A stretch of DNA of 64,000 nucleotides, from contig CM119372.1 of NCBI GenBank assembly GCA_051294905.1, positions 7,440,001-7,504,000 of the forward strand. Reading direction: 5' to 3'. Positions 11,365 through 24,900 of the stretch are shown here, piece after piece. Each line of letters begins with the position of its first letter. Position 1 is the stretch's first letter. The position numbers and the translations under genes were made by a program. The DNA is from Botryllus schlosseri. Taxonomy: Eukaryota. A model generated the notes under the pieces. It saw nothing but the letters and a program-made list of their open reading frames with translations. It was not told where the DNA came from and ran no database searches.

Positions 11365-12999
11365 CAATTGCTCGGTGTATCGACGCCAGTTGACCCCATA
11401 TGGTGCAAGATGAAAAGTGCAGGAGTGGAGAATCTTTCAAATGAATGAATGTACATAAAATTATTAAATATTGAGAGTAGATTTTCTATTTTTGATTTAT
11501 CGGAATTACGTATATATTGATTTAACAGATGCACTTGCATACTCTCACACTGATTCTTCATTAATGAACGAAATAAATAATTTTTGTCTACTGCAGTGCA
11601 CACTATACAAATATAGACTTCTTGTATTATTAAAATTCCGTAAGGAGAAATACTGTGTTTTGTGATATTATTGCTACTACTATACTCAATGTTCGCACAT
11701 AAAGCCAATATAGTAAGGATTTGAGATATGTACCAAGAGTGGTGTATTCGGGAAATATACGATGTCATTTTACGAGAATGTGAGGGGTTTGGATTAACGG
11801 TGACGCGAACGGATCCAAGATCCAACGTTATCAAGAGTATGTCTTTCGTCATGCATCTCGAACAACTTGCACTTGTTCGTTATAGGCCAAACGCCTTCCA
11901 CACGATTATTTTACGCGAGCGAACATTCTAATAGGATGAATTCAAGGCTAACTAGCAATATCAGAACAACTAAATCGTCCGGGCATATGTACAATTCAGA
12001 GGTTCACGAGCACTTCATTCTTACGTAATAACAAACCTAGACTTATAGTTGGGCGAGCTGTTTGCGCACCGTTACGGACAGGTCGGTTTTCGATACAGGA
12101 TGTTTTGCCGTGTGTCAAATTGCCTAGCTACGCAAGAGCGGGCTAAAGAATACAATCACCTGTCAACCATTGTCACACCGTGATGCTATCCAATTAGAAT
12201 GAAATATAATCCATACTACAATTTCTCTCGGAATATTACTAGACCTTGTATAACACTCTGCCGACAACTCATGATACGGCAAGAAAAATTTGATCCGGTC
12301 AATTAACGACACCCTTTGAATAGCATACAATGTGTATAATTTGGGAGACGACACATATAGCTCGGGGACCCGATATTGTTTGTGGAAAGTCAGAGGTATT
12401 ATTTTACGCGAGCGGAAATACGTATAGTCCATATAGCATGACGAGGCAAACGACAATGAATATTGCACGCACGTTATAACACTACCACAAGAAGAATTGG
12501 ATTATAACACGCGATGTCTTGATTAGCAGCACATTGGAATCCGAAGAACTGCGACGATTGCACGAAAAAAATGTCTTCAACCGCGGCACCTAACGGCTCA
12601 ATGATTCAGGTTCAATTTTCATCTCTCGGCTGTATCACGCGGTATTGATAGGCCTATAGCGCCGGAGGAATACGATTTGTATAGCCCCATACACTACACA
12701 TCGCCATCATAAAACGGTGTGGTTTCAAATGATGTGTAATGTATTTCCAATCGGCGGTCGGAATAGGATGAACATTGAACAAGAGTTATGTTGGGATTAA
12801 CGCAGCTGTACGAGTACAGATATAATATTCCACTAGTAATCTACCGGAGTAGTGGTGTAGGCTAATACCTGGCTATGGTATTGGTTGTATGGATTTACAG
12901 ACTATATTGCCCAGAATGCATTTAGTGCTGTTGGGAACATTTAATTATTGCGTCATACACTTGTAATGAAGACCTTCAATTTAGCCTGCTTTGGGAGTA

Positions 13000-15900
13000 A
13001 TGCAACTGGGACACAAAAGAAGTGCGAAAGTAGGAATGATAACGCCTGGAGAAAATGACGAGAAATTAAATGTCTCCAAATGGCCATTAAGAAGTTCGGC
13101 AATTAACGGCAATTTGTCGTCGACACCGGGAGAAAAAGCAGGTGAATTTCGTAAGGAAAGTCGATTTGTTGAAAGATATTTTTCCTCTTGGAATTAACAT
13201 CACAGAAACACTGAATGAAGTGGACATGCTGCCTAACCTTTTGGATGATCCGGATTACCTTTTCCGGGTAAATGAGCCTTCGACCATATAGGGATGCTGT
13301 AGAGGACTATTTCGAGAATATCCTAAAATATTTAGATGGCTTCTGCGGGAAAGGTATCTGAAATATCAGCAGTGTGTAATGCTCACCCTGATCGCATATT
13401 AAGTAGAGATGAAAAGGAAGCATCGCTGCTCCACTACGCTGCCGCGGAGGGGAAGACTAAGCTGATGGACTATATTCTTACAGATCTACAAGGGAAAACA
13501 TGTAAAATAACTTTATTAACTTTCTTAAAACAAAACTCGAGTCAAAAATAGTAATTACAGGCGGCGGTTGTTTTGTTTTGCCAAGTAAGTAGGCTACGAA
13601 CTTTCACATTGTGCAGTGTACAGTGTACAGTGTACAGGTACACCTACCAACTAACGGCGCCATTCTGTAATCGGAAGCATCATCGATAACTGAATTATTT
13701 TTTTACATCTCTCTCTCTCTTATCAGTGTTGGATGAACTGGATGAAAATGGGGAATCTCCGATATTTTGGGCAGTGCATAATGACAACGCCAGTTCTGTG
13801 GATTATTTAATCGCCAATATGGCGGATCCTACGTTGTTTAACCTCCGAGGCGAAGCCCCAATTCACACAAGTATCCGCGGATATAAGAGGAATGCGTTGA
13901 GAGCTTTGATAGCACACAAAGTAAGAATTTACTGGAATTCATATACCGTACAGTAACACTGGTATTCATGATTTCTCCGCTTGGCACTTAGCATTACCCG
14001 GTTAGTATCGAGAGGTGGTGCCAGGCTTAGAAAGTCAAGGCTATTTCCAGCGGTATGCACAGCATGCACTCATTCATGGTATGCATGAACAGACCGTTGG
14101 TATGCATATCACAATGTTGGCATTAAGTCACACGTCATCTCGAGTCATTGCACATTTTGACTCGAGTCAAGTCAAGTTATTCGATTTTCAAAGGTGACTA
14201 TAGAGTCAAGTCTGGTCACTCAATTTTGCAGGAGTCATTGCATTTTGCTAACTGTTTTAAATACAGATGGAGTCCCCATTTATTCTGAATCGAGGAACAA
14301 ATAAAGAATTGATTATACACGCAAAAGCGCGCTGCATCGCTCACTCATACGTAGAACTGCTAAACTACGCAAGTATAGCAGTATAGCCTCAGTCTATTAA
14401 CATTATCAGCCAATATGCAGCTACTGCTACTCAGTACTCACGTACCGGGGCCTACGATATTCGAATATCGTAGGCCCCGTCCCTACATATCCTGATATCC
14501 ATGATATGCAATTATAAACGTATGAACGATATTCGTTTGATTTAAATAATCCAAGAGGGTTGGTTAAGGTGAGCACTGAGCAAGTTTACGACAACGGAAG
14601 CTGTTAGCTCCGATCACTGGGTTTGCGGTTAATTTATTTGTGATATAACAATGGGGCTCGGTAAAACGCACAATCAAGTAATCACAGAGTGATTGGTTAG
14701 CAATCCGAAATTATACAAGATCCGGCGATTACTTAATGACCTGAAATTGACTCATAAATTTTGCTTCGAATCACGAGTTAATCTGCGTTTCTGTAGCGTC
14801 GAGACAGGTGAAGTCAAGTCATTTTTTCAAAGTGTCTCGAGTCACGTCAAGTCATACGAAAAAGTTGACTCGAGTCTGACTCGAGTCAAGTCATGTCTCG
14901 AGTAATCCCAACACTGGTATATCATGAGTCAGTGTATAAATGCCGCAAAATCATCAAGGACAAAAATATTCAACGTCTCATTTCTGTGTATATAGTATAG
15001 GTCACAGTTTTGGCTATGATTGAAAATACGGACTGCTCTGACATTTTGGATCTCCTCATTGTCTTTATCTTTATATCAGGATGTTGTCGACGTCAATCAA
15101 CCCCGGAAATTTGATTTGATGAGGCCGATGCACTTCGCTGCCGAATTCGACAACGAGGATGCTGCAAATGATCTTCTTCTGGCGGGTGCAAAGTTATGCC
15201 GTGGTTGTCATCAAGGAAGAAGACCATTACACATCGCCGCACTGCACGGATCAAAAAAGTAGGAAATATAACTTTTTTACCAGCAGCACTCAGCACGGAT
15301 AAACAATATGTTGCAGGGTTATGAAACTCCTTGTGCGAAAATGTGTGGAATTCGGATATACCCATGACCAGATACTGTCCTTCTGTGACAATGAGTGTTG
15401 CAATCCTTTGCACTGTGCTGTGTTAGGCGGCAATATTGAAGCCATCGAAATGTGTCTAGAGTGAGTATTGAAACAATCGATAATTGACAATGTATGCTAG
15501 TATCTTACAATATCACCTCTCGCGTCATGCTATAGTATGAAATTCAGGCCTACCGGTGAATCATATGTAGACTCTACATTGTAGAGTCGGCAATATAGGT
15601 AAGCAATTGTAGTTATTTCTTCTGCAACGTGGTGGTGCATATATCAGGTACGGTGGAAAATTAGACGCCCAACAATTCGATGGTACGACTGCCATGCATA
15701 TCGTCTGCGCTCAGGGAGATTACGATGTGGTAGTACGAATGTTCGAACTGGACTATGAGCAGGCAAAGAAAACGTTATCCATCCAAGACAAACAACAACA
15801 TACACCGTTGCACAAGTCTGCATCTTTTGTTAACGTGTGATCTCGCGAATATAACAGCGAATATATACCGATTCGTATAGAGCTGCAATGTATGGTCACG

Positions 15901-18900
15901 CTGATATTGTCAAATATTTGGTGGAACATGGAGCCAACCTCGAGATAATGGATTCGGATGAAAATACGTCATTGTTGATAGCTGCCTCACGAGGCAATTG
16001 GATATCGCTACAGGATCTTATAGAACTTGGAGCAAACTTCATGGTGAAGGTAGATAATGATCAATGCATTCTTTTGTATCTATATAACATGTCCGGCTTC
16101 AAGTCCCACCGTCAGAGGTTATTCTGAGCTCCTTGCCCCCCATGTCGCTGTTCTTACGGCGACAAAAAACTCCGGTAAAAGACCCGTTGAAGAAAGAAAG
16201 GAGCAAGAAATAGCGTCTAAAAAAGACCGACCAAGAAAGAGATTAACACTGAAAAGGACTGTGACATCGGGCACTATAGGATGCCAATGTAGGCTATTGT
16301 GTGGTCAGATGAAAAGATAATCTGACTATTGATTGATTGATCGCATAGATAGGTTTTCGGTACCTCAGTCGGAAACTATACCGGCAATACATATGTTTTA
16401 TCCGATATTGCGCAAGAATATAGAGCAGGGTAAGCTATTACTATCATTTATGATATTGCTCATTACCCACGACTCTTCACTGCATAATTTAGATTAGGAA
16501 GGCATCTGGATTATTTTCACGTTCAATTTTCGCTCTTCCGTCGTATGAATTTCGCAGTCATGTCGAGTCGAATCATTTGTACATATAACAATGTCTATTA
16601 AATTACCGAATGCATTTTGGACTTTTCAGAATATAGATGACCGCAATTTTCTTCATATGGTTGTCCTTGGAGGTGGAGATATCAAAAGACTAGAACTCCA
16701 TCATTCAGACGGCACCACTTATGGAGATAAATTTCAGGGAATTCTAAGTGTAAGCACTAAGCATATATAATCGTTTTGTTAGCATCGATATAGCCGATGT
16801 ATGAGAAATATACGTTATGTGTTGGTTTTAGAGACTGATATTAGGGTGGTGACATGGAACACAGCTACACGAATTGGTATAAAAATTGTATAGATTATTA
16901 TTTTTGACTGTCAGCGTAAACTGATGAGCAAGGCATTCTTCCCCGTGAACCCGTCAAATATCGACAATTCGAGGCTAGACCGCTTTAGCAATTGTAATAA
17001 TAATAATAATAATATTAATAATAATCCGAAATACTGCACCGCAACCCTGGAAGGGTTGTCATAGTCATTACTTCGCTACAAAGCGTTGTTACAGAAATTT
17101 TCATTTAACGCAAAGCAAAATATTACGTCGAATTTTGGAGATGATGTAACGATACCAACCTCGATAGAAACAGTAAAAACATCACTAATCCTTATATGTC
17201 AATCTTGATATCACAGAAACCCGAAATCCAAGTTCTTCTGAACCAACCTGACACAGAAGGATGCACTCCGCTTCACTATGCTTGTCAAGAAGGAAACTTG
17301 GCAAGCCTGGACGCATTAATGACCCTTGGTGTCAGCGCCAAGATGAGGACCACGGGGAATCAATCCGCATTGCATTTTGCTGCGAGATACGGAAGATTCA
17401 ATACGTGTAAAAAATTGCTCGATTCTCCGCAGGTTCGGAAAAAGCACCGATATCCGGTCGAATCGGCTCCATATCTCAGTTTTCGTTCACTGTAGGGTCC
17501 AAATATCATCAACTCAAAAGATAACGACGGTATGACACCTCTCCACTACGCATCTCAGAATGGAAACGTCAAGATTGTGCGACTATTGCTAAACAAGTCA
17601 GTCATTGTTGTTATAATCGCTCGCCAATATATCGAATGACACCATTCGACATAAGCGAGTTTAAAATCTTCTAACCCCAAATCCTGATCGGAAATAAATT
17701 CTGATACGAGATACATATTCTGAATTTGTAATAATGTTGAAAACTAACATATGTTCGGTGAGAACTTTCAGAGGTTACCGATTATAATCCAGCAGCCTTG
17801 ACTATTCTTTGTCGAATCCATATCCCATTGATGCATTTTAACAATACTCGTAAGTCCAATGCGAATGCGACAACAACCTCAACATCTCGCTCTTCCAAGT
17901 CCGAATTGACATGCTCCATATGTTCCTACACCTACATAGGGTGACCACTGACCATACGCCCTCTTGTTACGAGGCTTTGTCCACTTTTTTGACGTTTTTG
18001 AAAGTGTCCTTGGAAGACGCCCAAATGTCCTCTTTTTTGAGAATTTTGGTTAAATATAGGTCAAATTTCTACTGAGATACAGTAAATCAGCACTGAAGTA
18101 ACGCACCGGTGACTATTTCGGGAGCTGAGCCGGAAAGTTGACCCTTTTTTGGTCAACAAACTGATAATGTGAAAGAAAAACTGTATTTTGGGTGCTGAGC
18201 AAGAAAGTTGACCCTTTTTTTAGTCAACCGACCGCTAAGTGCAAAAAAAATACCATTTTTTCAGGATTTTCCTCCGGTATTGCAAGTCTGAAAATTTTGA
18301 AAAAGTGTCCTCTTTTCAGATTTGCAATATATGGTCATGGTCACCCTACTCCTACATTAATAAATCATTATGTCGTAGGGGAGCGGTTTGCCACAGAAAC
18401 ATCAAAGGCGAGTCGGTACTTCATGTCGCTGCATCAAATGGTTACACAAAGACGATTAAATTATTGGTCCAGATGAACCGGATGTTACTGGACGCCGAAG
18501 ACGACGGAGGGGTTGGTATTGGAAGTCTTCATTCGTCTCCGAACGAAGCAACGCTGTCCTTGCTATTTAGAATACACCCCTGCATCATGGGAGTCAAGCG
18601 AAACAAGTGAACACGGTAATATTGCTATTGGACTTGGGTGCTCAAATAAAGCGCAATGCTGAAGGACACACGTTCTTCACTCAAGCCATAACCAGCCAGA
18701 ATCGGGAGATCTGTCTTGCAACTGTCACGGTAAGATTTCTATCTGCACACTCAGTCTGATTAAATTGTTAGGTTGCCTGAAAACGCTGCACACCAAATTT
18801 GGCTCGATTCCAACTAGTACAAACCGCCGCAGAGCCATTTGAAACTTTTAGGCTACCTAACAATTTAATCAGTGAATCCCGGAATAAGTTTTTCAACAAC

Positions 18901-21900
18901 CCTCGTACAGTCTGCACTCTACAGTTCCGATTCGTCCTGCAACCCAATGACATCCAAAAGAATAGGCTAGTGGTACCGTAGATGAATGGGCATGGGCAAA
19001 TTATAGTCATCAATGCCACTCCAGTTTAGGGGTATAGTGACTTCCACGACTACAAGAATACGAAACCTTTGAAACTTCTAATCTATGTCAGTAACTTTCA
19101 AAATTAGTTTCAGACGACCCAACCAGACTTTGTTTTATTTGTCAATATAGCACACATTTGTTTTAAATTCCAAGATTGGTGTTCATACCGAATGTGCGAT
19201 GACCAATTAATGGATATACGAATTTACATGCAATTGAGAAGCAATATTCATGATCGTCCTGTACATGTTGGCTCTATTCTCCACAATGCATACAGTTGTT
19301 ACGACGATTTCACCCTTATAATTGTTTCGAAACCATACTCGTATGGTAGTATATGGCGACGCCGGTGATTCCCAGCCTTTTTCAGTTCGCAACCCACAAT
19401 GAGATACGTCCAAATGAGAACGCGTAATTGAACACACATTTCGCGACAATACACGAGTGTCGGAGTGTGTCAAGCAGACAATGATTACGACAGACAGACA
19501 TGATAACGACATACGTCTTTTACGTCGAACGCTTGGGGTTCTCTGAGCTGAGTAGCTTGCGTCACGCCCATAACCGTAAATCGTACTGGATTGCTGCATT
19601 TACCGAACGATGGGGAAAGGAATGAATTTTAGGCATACATATAGTAACACGCCACTGTCCCATTTCGCCCTCGAATCAAAATGATTATCACAACAGTCCT
19701 CACGAAATATTATGGTATACGTGGCTTGCGAGGCATATGGGTGCAAAAACAATTATTTTCTAGACGAAGAGAACGTGTATGGTGCAATTGCTCGTCTAAT
19801 CGTGAAAAGATAAGGTGTTTGGCATATATTGAATAAAAAACTCTAACATTTAGAAATTCCTCGTGACCCATCAAAAATACTTCGAAATAGCACTGGTTGG
19901 GTAGCACTGAGTACTGAGTATACGCTAGTTTATATATTGTGGCATCCAGTATTAGGGTCAATCTGCTATTATATCCAAATGCAACTGTGCACTGTGCAAT
20001 GGTAGAGAGCCGATTAAAAACCTTCATTTTGCAACCTGATTATCAGCAGTCAATCATCATCATGCACCTCAACAACTACTATTACATCGCATTCCGTTAC
20101 AGCATGATCGATGGAATGAAGCCATGAAGCAATTTTACGTCTCGAAGAATACGGTTGGCGTCGCCAGTCTGCTTCTGATACAGTATCTACCCGACATCTG
20201 GGTTGTAAGGAGAGACACATAAAATCTTTGACTATACCTCATAGCCATATAATATTTTCTGATGTAATGCCCTAGGTAGCTTTGGATCGTTGCATTGAAA
20301 CTGCCCCCGATTGTAGCCCAAAGAGCAAGGACTATTGGATCAAGTATGAATTTAAAGTAAGGAATTTATTTAATGTTGCACATGCTGTGGGAATAAGTCT
20401 ACATCTTACATATTTTATCAAGTATCTCCAGCCAAACAGCAACAAGCGCGAAGAATTGGAAAGAATATTTCGCGAGAAGCGTACCAAACTCTCAGGCGAG
20501 GCAGAAAATGGGAAACAGAATAAGATGCCAAATTTCGCACTCCCTGCATTAAACGTGTGTAATTATAAATTCTGTAGGCGTGATTAAAACAACTCGCATT
20601 CTGTTCTATCTTTACAGAAAATGGTTCAATTCGATCGCGTCGAATGTCTGAGGCATCCTGTCTCCACAGTTTATCTTCAGATGAAATGGTATTAAAGAAG
20701 TTGTAGGACTAATGAGGGAATAGCTGACAGGAATTAGATAATTCAGTGAATCTTCATTTTAGGAATGCATATGGACGATGGGTGCACGCTCTCAACCTGT
20801 TCGTTTACCTGTTGGTACTGATCCCTCTCACATATTTGGTGTGGACTGGTAACTCTTCACCATCATACCATAACGAGGCCTTCGGGTATGATATGAGTTT
20901 ATTAACCTCCACTGATCACAATGATGAATTATCTTATTCCGAAGCTAAAAATGCTCATTCAAGTCTGCAGATATAGATACGGCTAATATATATTCCAAAT
21001 TCGTGATGGCTATAGCTAATTGCTTTCTATTCAGATCCACGAGTGCCAGAGTTGAATATCCGGTAAATTATTCTACAACTCGAGGCGTGATGATTTTAAT
21101 ACTTACCATATTATCAGTTTCGCAGCTGTTGAAGGAATTGGGTATTTTGTTTCGCCAAGTAAGTGATGTACTTTGCAATATGTCATGACAGGTGTTGTAA
21201 TGCAGTAACTATACTTCTACTGTTAGTCCTGGTGGGTATGATACCCAAAGCATCGGGGCAGAAAAGCCCAGCCTCATATTCAAAGAAACTGTTTGAGACG
21301 AAATGTCCCCTGTCCAAGTCCATGCATGAAAAAATGCAGACATACTGTACAATGTGTACCTATACGAGCATAAAATCCCGTTTTTCTGTAAGTCAAATTA
21401 GCCCATGCACTGCCTATCGTTCTTCGTCTAACCAAGCCTAAGTCGATACCTTTCCGCCATTCTGGTGACAAAATCGCAACTACTGCGCAGTGACCACTAT
21501 ATCTACTACCAAGTATAGTACTGAATGTGCTTCTGAAATCGCAAATCCAGGGATTAGCAGCTAAATCAGCGTCAGTACCGTAGTCCTAGAGATGCGCGCG
21601 GTGATCTTAACGGATGACGAGAGGTATTGTCAAGGTTTTCAATGACATATCAATGAGCTGCACACTTGGATAATGTTACTAACGTTAAAATCACAAATTC
21701 TGCTTCTAATACTTCAATTTTGGTACTGTCATTGTCAATTCAACATTGGCAATATTTACTTTTAGGGACCGCAGTACTTCATGGACGTTGCAAATATGGT
21801 ATCCTGTCTCTTGTACGTGAGTTCGTTGCTCTATGTGATGCCATCATTTTCGGGATATCCTATACACTGGCAGTTCGAGTTCGGCGCCGTAGCAGTGCTA

Positions 21901-24900
21901 CTTGCTTGGTTCAATCTACTTTTGTTCTTCCAAAGGCAAGTAGTATTCTTGATTGGCGCGTATTAAGATGGCTCGTACTATTTATCCTTCCGCAGGTTTG
22001 ATGCTACTGGCATATACGTTGTGATGTTCCTTGTGATCCTGAAAACGCTTCTCAAGGTGTTGGCTCTCTTCTCCTCTCTCATCGTCGCGTTTACGTTGTC
22101 CTTTTACGCCCTACTAAACAACGAGGTAGATATTAGCACTTTCGTTAACTGTATCGCATTACCTCCATTCCCAGTCTACGAACTGCATGATATCTACATT
22201 TGGGTGCACACTGCACCGTAACAACTCATTGCAATCGCGCAACGCATGTTTTCAACCATCACTCTAGTCTAGATCCATGGCTGTAGGGTGTATTTATCAG
22301 GCGTCCACCTTAGTGTGGGGTGTAAATTAGGTAAACAGCACACTCGGGTAGTAAACTGGTTTCACGCTTATTCCATTGGGTGAAACGAGGCGTATATACA
22401 CTATACACTATTCGTTATGGAGATATATTCCGGGGTAGTGATTTCTCTTTTCGTGTACCACCTTTTTTTGGAATTCAAGGGGTGGTAAGCTACTGCCATC
22501 CTCTGGGACATATAGTCCTGTAGAATTTTCGGTCAACCTAGAAAAAATTCTTATAAAGACGTATTATATACCGTTGGAAAGATAATTTTATCAGCTTTTC
22601 AATGATGGGTTTTGTCACTTTTTTTACTTTGGGGAAAATAAGTTATGACCAAAAACGTGCCAGGAGATAAAGCACTCTTTGCCTAACATTAAAATACAAT
22701 TATAAGCTAAAATACGATACCTTCGTATCAGAATACAACACCATAAATTGGAATATCACCCCCAGTAAACCAAACTAACAATCGAACAGCAAAACAATGA
22801 ATACATAACTTTATCTAAGAGGTATTTATCATACGTTAAGGGGGCAAAAGGGCACTGGTTTACAAATTTCGAACAAAAATTAGGGTCAAAAATTTCAATG
22901 ATTGATTTAGGCTAATTTATGGTTGCTGAATCCGATTCTGTGCTAATAATTTCTCCATCACGTCGGATTTTTTCCGTTTCAATTTTTCTCATTTTCATAA
23001 ATTAATCAAATTTCAGCTTTCGTTAGTGACATCACGGTTTGCATACGATAGCAAAAATTCAAATACTGTTATTGAAATCATCTATCATGCAACATGGATT
23101 GTTGTAATGCAGAATGAGTGAGTTTTCGGTGAACTTGGCTACAGTGATTCTCTATCATCGTTCAATCAGAAGCTCTTTTCAACCCATAAAATTACACAGG
23201 TAAACAAATTCAAAAACCCACACCAAATAACATATTGGAACAGAGGCAGAGATGTTTTTAAATGGTATCGAGTCTTATTGTTTGTGTTTTGCAATATTAA
23301 ACGCCAATTCTATATACAAAAAGCTTTACATTTTGGCGGTTTCTGATTTGCCGTAATATTTTAATATGAACTTGAGCAGTGGTTCTCAACCTTTTTGTAT
23401 TCGCGGACCCCTTTTGGACCGTCACGGACCCCCGCGGACCCCCCCACGAAGTTTAAGTTCCAATTTAGCTCAATTATCGTACAATCGTCATCTGTCATGT
23501 GCAAATGATAACTGTAGGCTAGTGATAAACAGCAACAAAATTATTTTTCTTGAAAATAACAGCATTCTATGTATGCAGAAATTGGGTTGACTTTTATTAT
23601 TTCAAAGCTAATTATTTAACTGCATTTTTTTGAAATACGTGGCCGTGTCTTTAAAATCTGCGCCAACAATTTCATATCAACGAGTGCTGAAAATCCATTT
23701 AGACAAAGAAAGGTGGCGGCGAATGTAATAATAGGGCATAAAGCTTCCGACGACACATTTGGGTATGATCGCAACAATGATGACACCAAAATTGACAAAC
23801 GATTTTTTTATTGAACATATAACGTCAAGCCTGTTAATTTATATCTAGCAGCTCACCTTGGAGTTATTAGGGAAAATGGTTATGCAGGCCTATATCACAG
23901 GCGAAAACGGATTTTTGCGTACATTACGAAGTCTTCGTGATCGACTTTACTAATCCAACCATTTATTTTTTCACAATGCCCAACAAAACACGTTTATACA
24001 GCCAAGTATTTGTATCAGTGGGCTATTGGCAATTTAGCAACTAAAATGAGTCCACACAGCAGGATATTCCATCTCAAACGGCCTTCCTGTTGACGTGAGT
24101 TCTACTGTAATGAAGCAAAACTGCAGCCTCGTGATTTTCCTTATTTTTAAAATGTAAATTAGGTTATCAACTATTTCGTAAATTTAGAGGCTTAATCGCA
24201 GACCCACGGTTGAGAACCACTGAACTAGAGATTGTAAAAGTGATTGGTGTTGCTACTCAAGTATAGCACAAGTAACGCCCTAAATTTTCTACTCAAATAA
24301 CAGTATAAGTAGTAATTTCTAAGACACGTGAAAACTACTTCACGTGGCAGAAATATCTAAGCATATTTGGTCGGGGGGAGGGTGGTTGCATACTTTCGAC
24401 AGTTAGTCGGCGGTGGCGACATACGAAATCGCAACATGTATCTTCTCGGCTAACTCAAAATGTTTATAATAACACAATACCCATGCATTGGTAGAATATT
24501 CGAAAATATATCCAGTTACTGTGCTTTAGGGGCTGTTAAGGCTACTATATTTAAGAAATCATATGCAGTCAACATCGTCGCGGAGCGGAGCTTTGTTTGG
24601 AATACATTCGTGTTAGAATGAATAACTGGGTGCAGTACCAAATTCAATGTGGGCAGATATGTCCACGACATTCCCAGTTGATTTACTATAATCACACAAA
24701 GCACTAAAACAAAACCCAATACATTTAATTTCCCGTATTGCCAGTCACAGATGGGAATTCGGATTGTGGACATCTGATTCGAAGCACATCATGGTATGAG
24801 CCCGATCGCGATGGCTGTTATAACAACCTTGATTTGACCCCGAATATACCACATGCAAATAATATATATATAGATATATATATGCGATTGAAGCGCAAAA

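Noticed and set aside
11304-11852. 182-aa minus-strand ORF
   Set aside because: Non-ATG start, no recognisable domain, AT-rich composition; it overlaps the TRPA1-A stop and 3' UTR antisense, so it is probably a chance ORF.
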